Below, piece after piece: positions 61,086 through 64,000 of a DNA stretch of 64,000 nt. Source of the stretch: Candidatus Bathyarchaeota archaeon (GTDB lineage Archaea; Thermoproteota; Bathyarchaeia; Bathyarchaeales; Bathycorpusculaceae); assembly GCA_963772455.1 (NCBI GenBank), contig CAVYXJ010000011.1, forward strand, positions 64,001 through 128,000. The letters run 5' to 3'. The notes beneath the pieces are model-generated. The model was not told where the DNA came from. It made no database searches and saw nothing but the letters and a program-made list of their open reading frames with translations. The translations under genes were made by a program, and so were the position numbers. The first letter of the stretch is position 1; each line of letters opens with the position of its first letter.

Positions 61086-62404
61086 AGACCATAGATATTT
61101 TCGGTTACTCGTTTAGTGCAATTAAACTTCGCAAGCTTCGTGCAGCATTAACTACATTGGGAGTAATTATTGGAATCGCAGCTATAGTGGCTTTGTTGTC
61201 AATTACTCAGGGTTTACAAGCTACTATAACAGGCCAGTTAAACCAAGGCTTATCAGCCAATACTTTAATTGTCACTGCAGGTAGCGGAGGAGCCTTGCCA
61301 GGTGCGGGGGGTGCAGGTGATGGCGGCGGCTTTGGTGGCGGAGGAGGAGGCTTTGGTGGAGGGACAACCGATAACTCAGGATTCAAACTCTTCGTCAATC
61401 GTACAAACGAAATCAATGCCTTATCGGAAGATATCGACACTTCAATCGCAGTGATAAGTCACGTTGGATTCATTGAAACCGACGCCCTAAACAGGTCAGT
61501 TACCATTTATGGAGTCGACTTCAATGATTATTCGAATCTTTATTCAACTACCTTCGTTGCTGCAAGCGGAACTATACCTACAAACCCATCAGGCAATGAA
61601 GTAGTCGTAGGTACACGTGTAAATCAACCTGGACAAAACGGAACGATATTCTTTGACGTGGGCAATTCAATTAACATTTCTTGGACTAATGCAACAGTCC
61701 TGCCTCCAGTAAACGAGACTACCACTGCTAGCGTTGCAGCAGTTCTTCAGAAAATAGGCGGATTTGGCCTTGGAGGACCTTCAGATACAGGCGTTTACAT
61801 CCCGATTGATAGAGCTCAAAGCTTCTTAGGCACTGACGAAGCGGATATGATAATAGTTAAGCTCAAAAGCAGCGACAACGCAACTATAACCAACGTATCA
61901 AAACTTATAACTGATCATTTCAGCAACCAAGTATCAGTCATATCTTCAACCGCAGTTCTAAGTTTGCTTACAAACATCTTTAGTTTACTTCAATTATTCC
62001 TTGGCGGAATCGCAGCGATTTCACTATTGGTAGCAGGAATCGGAATAATGAACATAATGATAGTCTCTTTAATAGAGCGCACTCGCGAAATCGGTATCCT
62101 TAAAGCATTAGGCATGAAAAGCAGAACTGTGTTAACTATTTTCCTTGGCGAATCAGTGATAATTGGTTTAATCGGTGCAATAGTTGGCATTGTCTTAGGC
62201 TGGATCTTGGCAAACATTACCGCAAGTGTCTTAGGGTCAGGAGTATTTGGCGGAGGTGGCGGATTCACTATAACGCCTTTGTTAACTCCAGAAGTTTTGG
62301 TTGGTGCCTTAGCTTTTGGTGTAGGAGTCAGTGTCATCTTTGCGCTCTATCCAGCATGGCGAGCATCCAAACTCAAACCAGTAGAAGCATTACGATATGA
62401 GTAA
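61082..62404 (+). CDS. MacB/FtsX-type ABC permease
   Basis: LT.LG..IGI, GIMN.M..S..ERT.EIG..KALG, PA.RA..L.PVEALRYE. Confidence 0.92.
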   Translation: MKTIDIFGYSFSAIKLRKLRAALTTLGVIIGIAAIVALLSITQGLQATITGQLNQGLSANTLIVTAGSGGALPGAGGAGDGGGFGGGGGGFGGGTTDNSGFKLFVNRTNEINALSEDIDTSIAVISHVGFIETDALNRSVTIYGVDFNDYSNLYSTTFVAASGTIPTNPSGNEVVVGTRVNQPGQNGTIFFDVGNSINISWTNATVLPPVNETTTASVAAVLQKIGGFGLGGPSDTGVYIPIDRAQSFLGTDEADMIIVKLKSSDNATITNVSKLITDHFSNQVSVISSTAVLSLLTNIFSLLQLFLGGIAAISLLVAGIGIMNIMIVSLIERTREIGILKALGMKSRTVLTIFLGESVIIGLIGAIVGIVLGWILANITASVLGSGVFGGGGGFTITPLLTPEVLVGALAFGVGVSVIFALYPAWRASKLKPVEALRYE

Positions 62405-62498
62405 TGTAGTCTACTCGCTCCATTTTTTTCTTTATTTTTATTTCTCTTTTTAAAAAGCTTTAAGACTCAAATAACATACCGTATCAAGAGGCTTCTAT

Positions 62499-62945
62499 GT
62501 GAAACGCTTATACCCTGACCAACCGGTTGTTGGCGTTGGCGCTGTAATAATCAAAGAAGGCAGTATAGCACTTATAAAACGCGGAAACGAACCCAGCAAA
62601 GGCAAATGGACCATACCCGGCGGATTAGTTGAACTAGGCGAAAACCTCGAAGCTGCAGTCATTCGCGAGACAAAAGAAGAGGTATGCTTAGAAGTCGAAA
62701 ACCCAACCTTGATGGGCGTTGTAGATAATGTAGATTTGGATGAGCAAGGCAAAGTAAAATACCACTACGTAATCATCGACTACCTCGTTCAAGTCAAAAC
62801 AGGAACTATCCAAGCTGCAAGTGATGCCGCCGAGCTACGTTGGGTTTCTTTTAGTGAAGTCGAAGATTATAATTTGACGGCTTCTTTTCGGGCTTTCTTT
62901 AAACAAAACAGGAAAAAATTAGAAAAGGCTAATTCTTATTGCTAA
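62499..62945 (+). CDS. Nudix hydrolase
   Basis: GG.VE.GE....A..RE.KEE. Confidence 0.92.
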   Translation: MKRLYPDQPVVGVGAVIIKEGSIALIKRGNEPSKGKWTIPGGLVELGENLEAAVIRETKEEVCLEVENPTLMGVVDNVDLDEQGKVKYHYVIIDYLVQVKTGTIQAASDAAELRWVSFSEVEDYNLTASFRAFFKQNRKKLEKANSYC

Positions 62946-63106
62946 AGAACGGACGTGTTTCTCCAAGTTTTTGATATCGAAGGCTTCAATCGGGCAACTA
63001 TGGGAAATCCTTGACAACTTTTCCCAAGCGTTAATCAGTGAATTGATGGCAAGTCTCGGAGGTGAACCAATAAGCACAAAAAAGACCGTCCACTAGAGGT
63101 TAAGTT

Positions 63107-64000
63107 ATGAGCCACTTCACTGTAAAGAGACCCGGAATATACGTAGAAGAAATAAGTTATCTGCCAAAGTCAATCGAAGGTGTAAGTACAAGTACCGCGG
63201 CGTTTTTGGGGGAAACCGAAACGGGCCCAATTACGCCAACTCTTGTTACCAGTTGGATGATTACCAGAGGTTGTTCGGCGGATATCTTGGCGGAGACAAA
63301 GTATTTGCCTTATGCGGTTGAAGGCTTTTTTCTCAATGGTGGCAAACGATGTTACGTATGCAGAGGTTAACAATTCGGATTATGCCGGGACTCTTGCGAA
63401 ATTGGAAACGGTTGAGGATGTTTCAATTGTTTATTGTCCAAATGCTCAAGCTGTGCTTGGACTTGCGGATTTGTTGATCGAGCATTGTGAACGGTTAAGG
63501 TACCGGTTTGCTATTTTGGATTCGGTCAAAGGTCAGAACATTTCAAGCGTGACTAAGCCAAAGGAATCAGCCTTCGCGGCATTATACTACCCCTGGATTT
63601 ACGTGAAACATGCTGGAACAGGACCTCATTGTCTAGTTCCGCCAGGCGGTCATGTTGCAGGAATCTATGCTCGAACTGACCTTGAAATTGGCGTTAATAA
63701 AGCACCAGCAAATGAAGTCGTCAGAGGCGCAGTGGATATAGAGCATACAATTAGCAACAATCAACAGGACAACCTTGTCCTCCAAGGCATAAACTGTATC
63801 CGCAACTTTGTGGGCAGAGGCATACGTGTTTGGGGATCAAGAACCCTCTCCATGGAGCCAACAAAAAAGTATGTTAACGTTTGTAGACTGCTTATTTATC
63901 TTGAGCAATCTATCAAAAAAGGAACTGCTTGGGTAGTTTTTGAACCTAACAATGCTGCAACGTGGGTCAAAGTAAAAACAGCAATTGAGAATTTCCTAAT
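63107..64000 (+). CDS. Contractile tail sheath protein (eCIS/Afp-PVC-like), frameshifted and truncated by the window edge
   Basis: PGIYVEE, F.G....GP...P..VTSW, AV.GFF.NGG..CYV; after about 63365: RFAILD, ALYYPW, VPP.GH.AG.YARTD, KAPAN, GIN.IR.F.GRG..VWG.RTL, YVNV.R, VFEPN. Confidence 0.88.

Noticed and set aside
61275-61365. Gly-rich GC tract in the MacB-type permease
   Set aside because: Flexible Gly loops are common in this family
787-63373. Numerous antisense or alternative-frame ORFs in the track (e.g. 1191-1619, 4207-4614, 14895-15362, 29033-29584, 47763-48188, 59537-59980)
   Set aside because: They are shadows of well-supported genes and show no motifs
1-64000. CRISPR array, rRNA, transposase or integrase
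   Set aside because: No regularly spaced repeats, rRNA-like tract or recombinase motifs were seen

Overview
Chromosomal, AT-rich archaeal DNA. The gene content (single-OB SSB, Trm1, archaeal CCA enzyme, EndA, NIP7/Nop2, UPF0200/UPF0201, short PurA, PEF-CTERM and cohesin/dockerin surface proteins, bacterial-type PfkA) points to a TACK archaeon, most likely Bathyarchaeia; this is an inference from gene content. Most of the window is housekeeping and metabolism (malic enzyme, pfkA, proC, aspartokinase, class II HMG-CoA reductase, thpR-cca, mtnA, hisS, glnA, nikR-nikMN, nadA, purA, glgP, pyrH, two ABC exporters), plus a tRNA-Tyr(GUA) with two BHB introns. The most notable elements are: (i) a contractile-injection-type tail sheath gene running off the right edge with no phage genes upstream; (ii) a surface module of glutaminyl cyclase, PEF-CTERM cohesin, transmembrane wHTH regulator and dockerin protein; (iii) an exosortase fused to Zn-finger, EpsI-like and wHTH-like domains; (iv) a stand-alone DCD-domain protein; (v) an unannotated divergent pair of paralogous RHH micro-proteins. 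At least 7 genes carry single-base frameshifts, mostly +1, which probably reflect assembly indels rather than true pseudogenes. All family calls come from recognising motifs by eye; no database searches were run.
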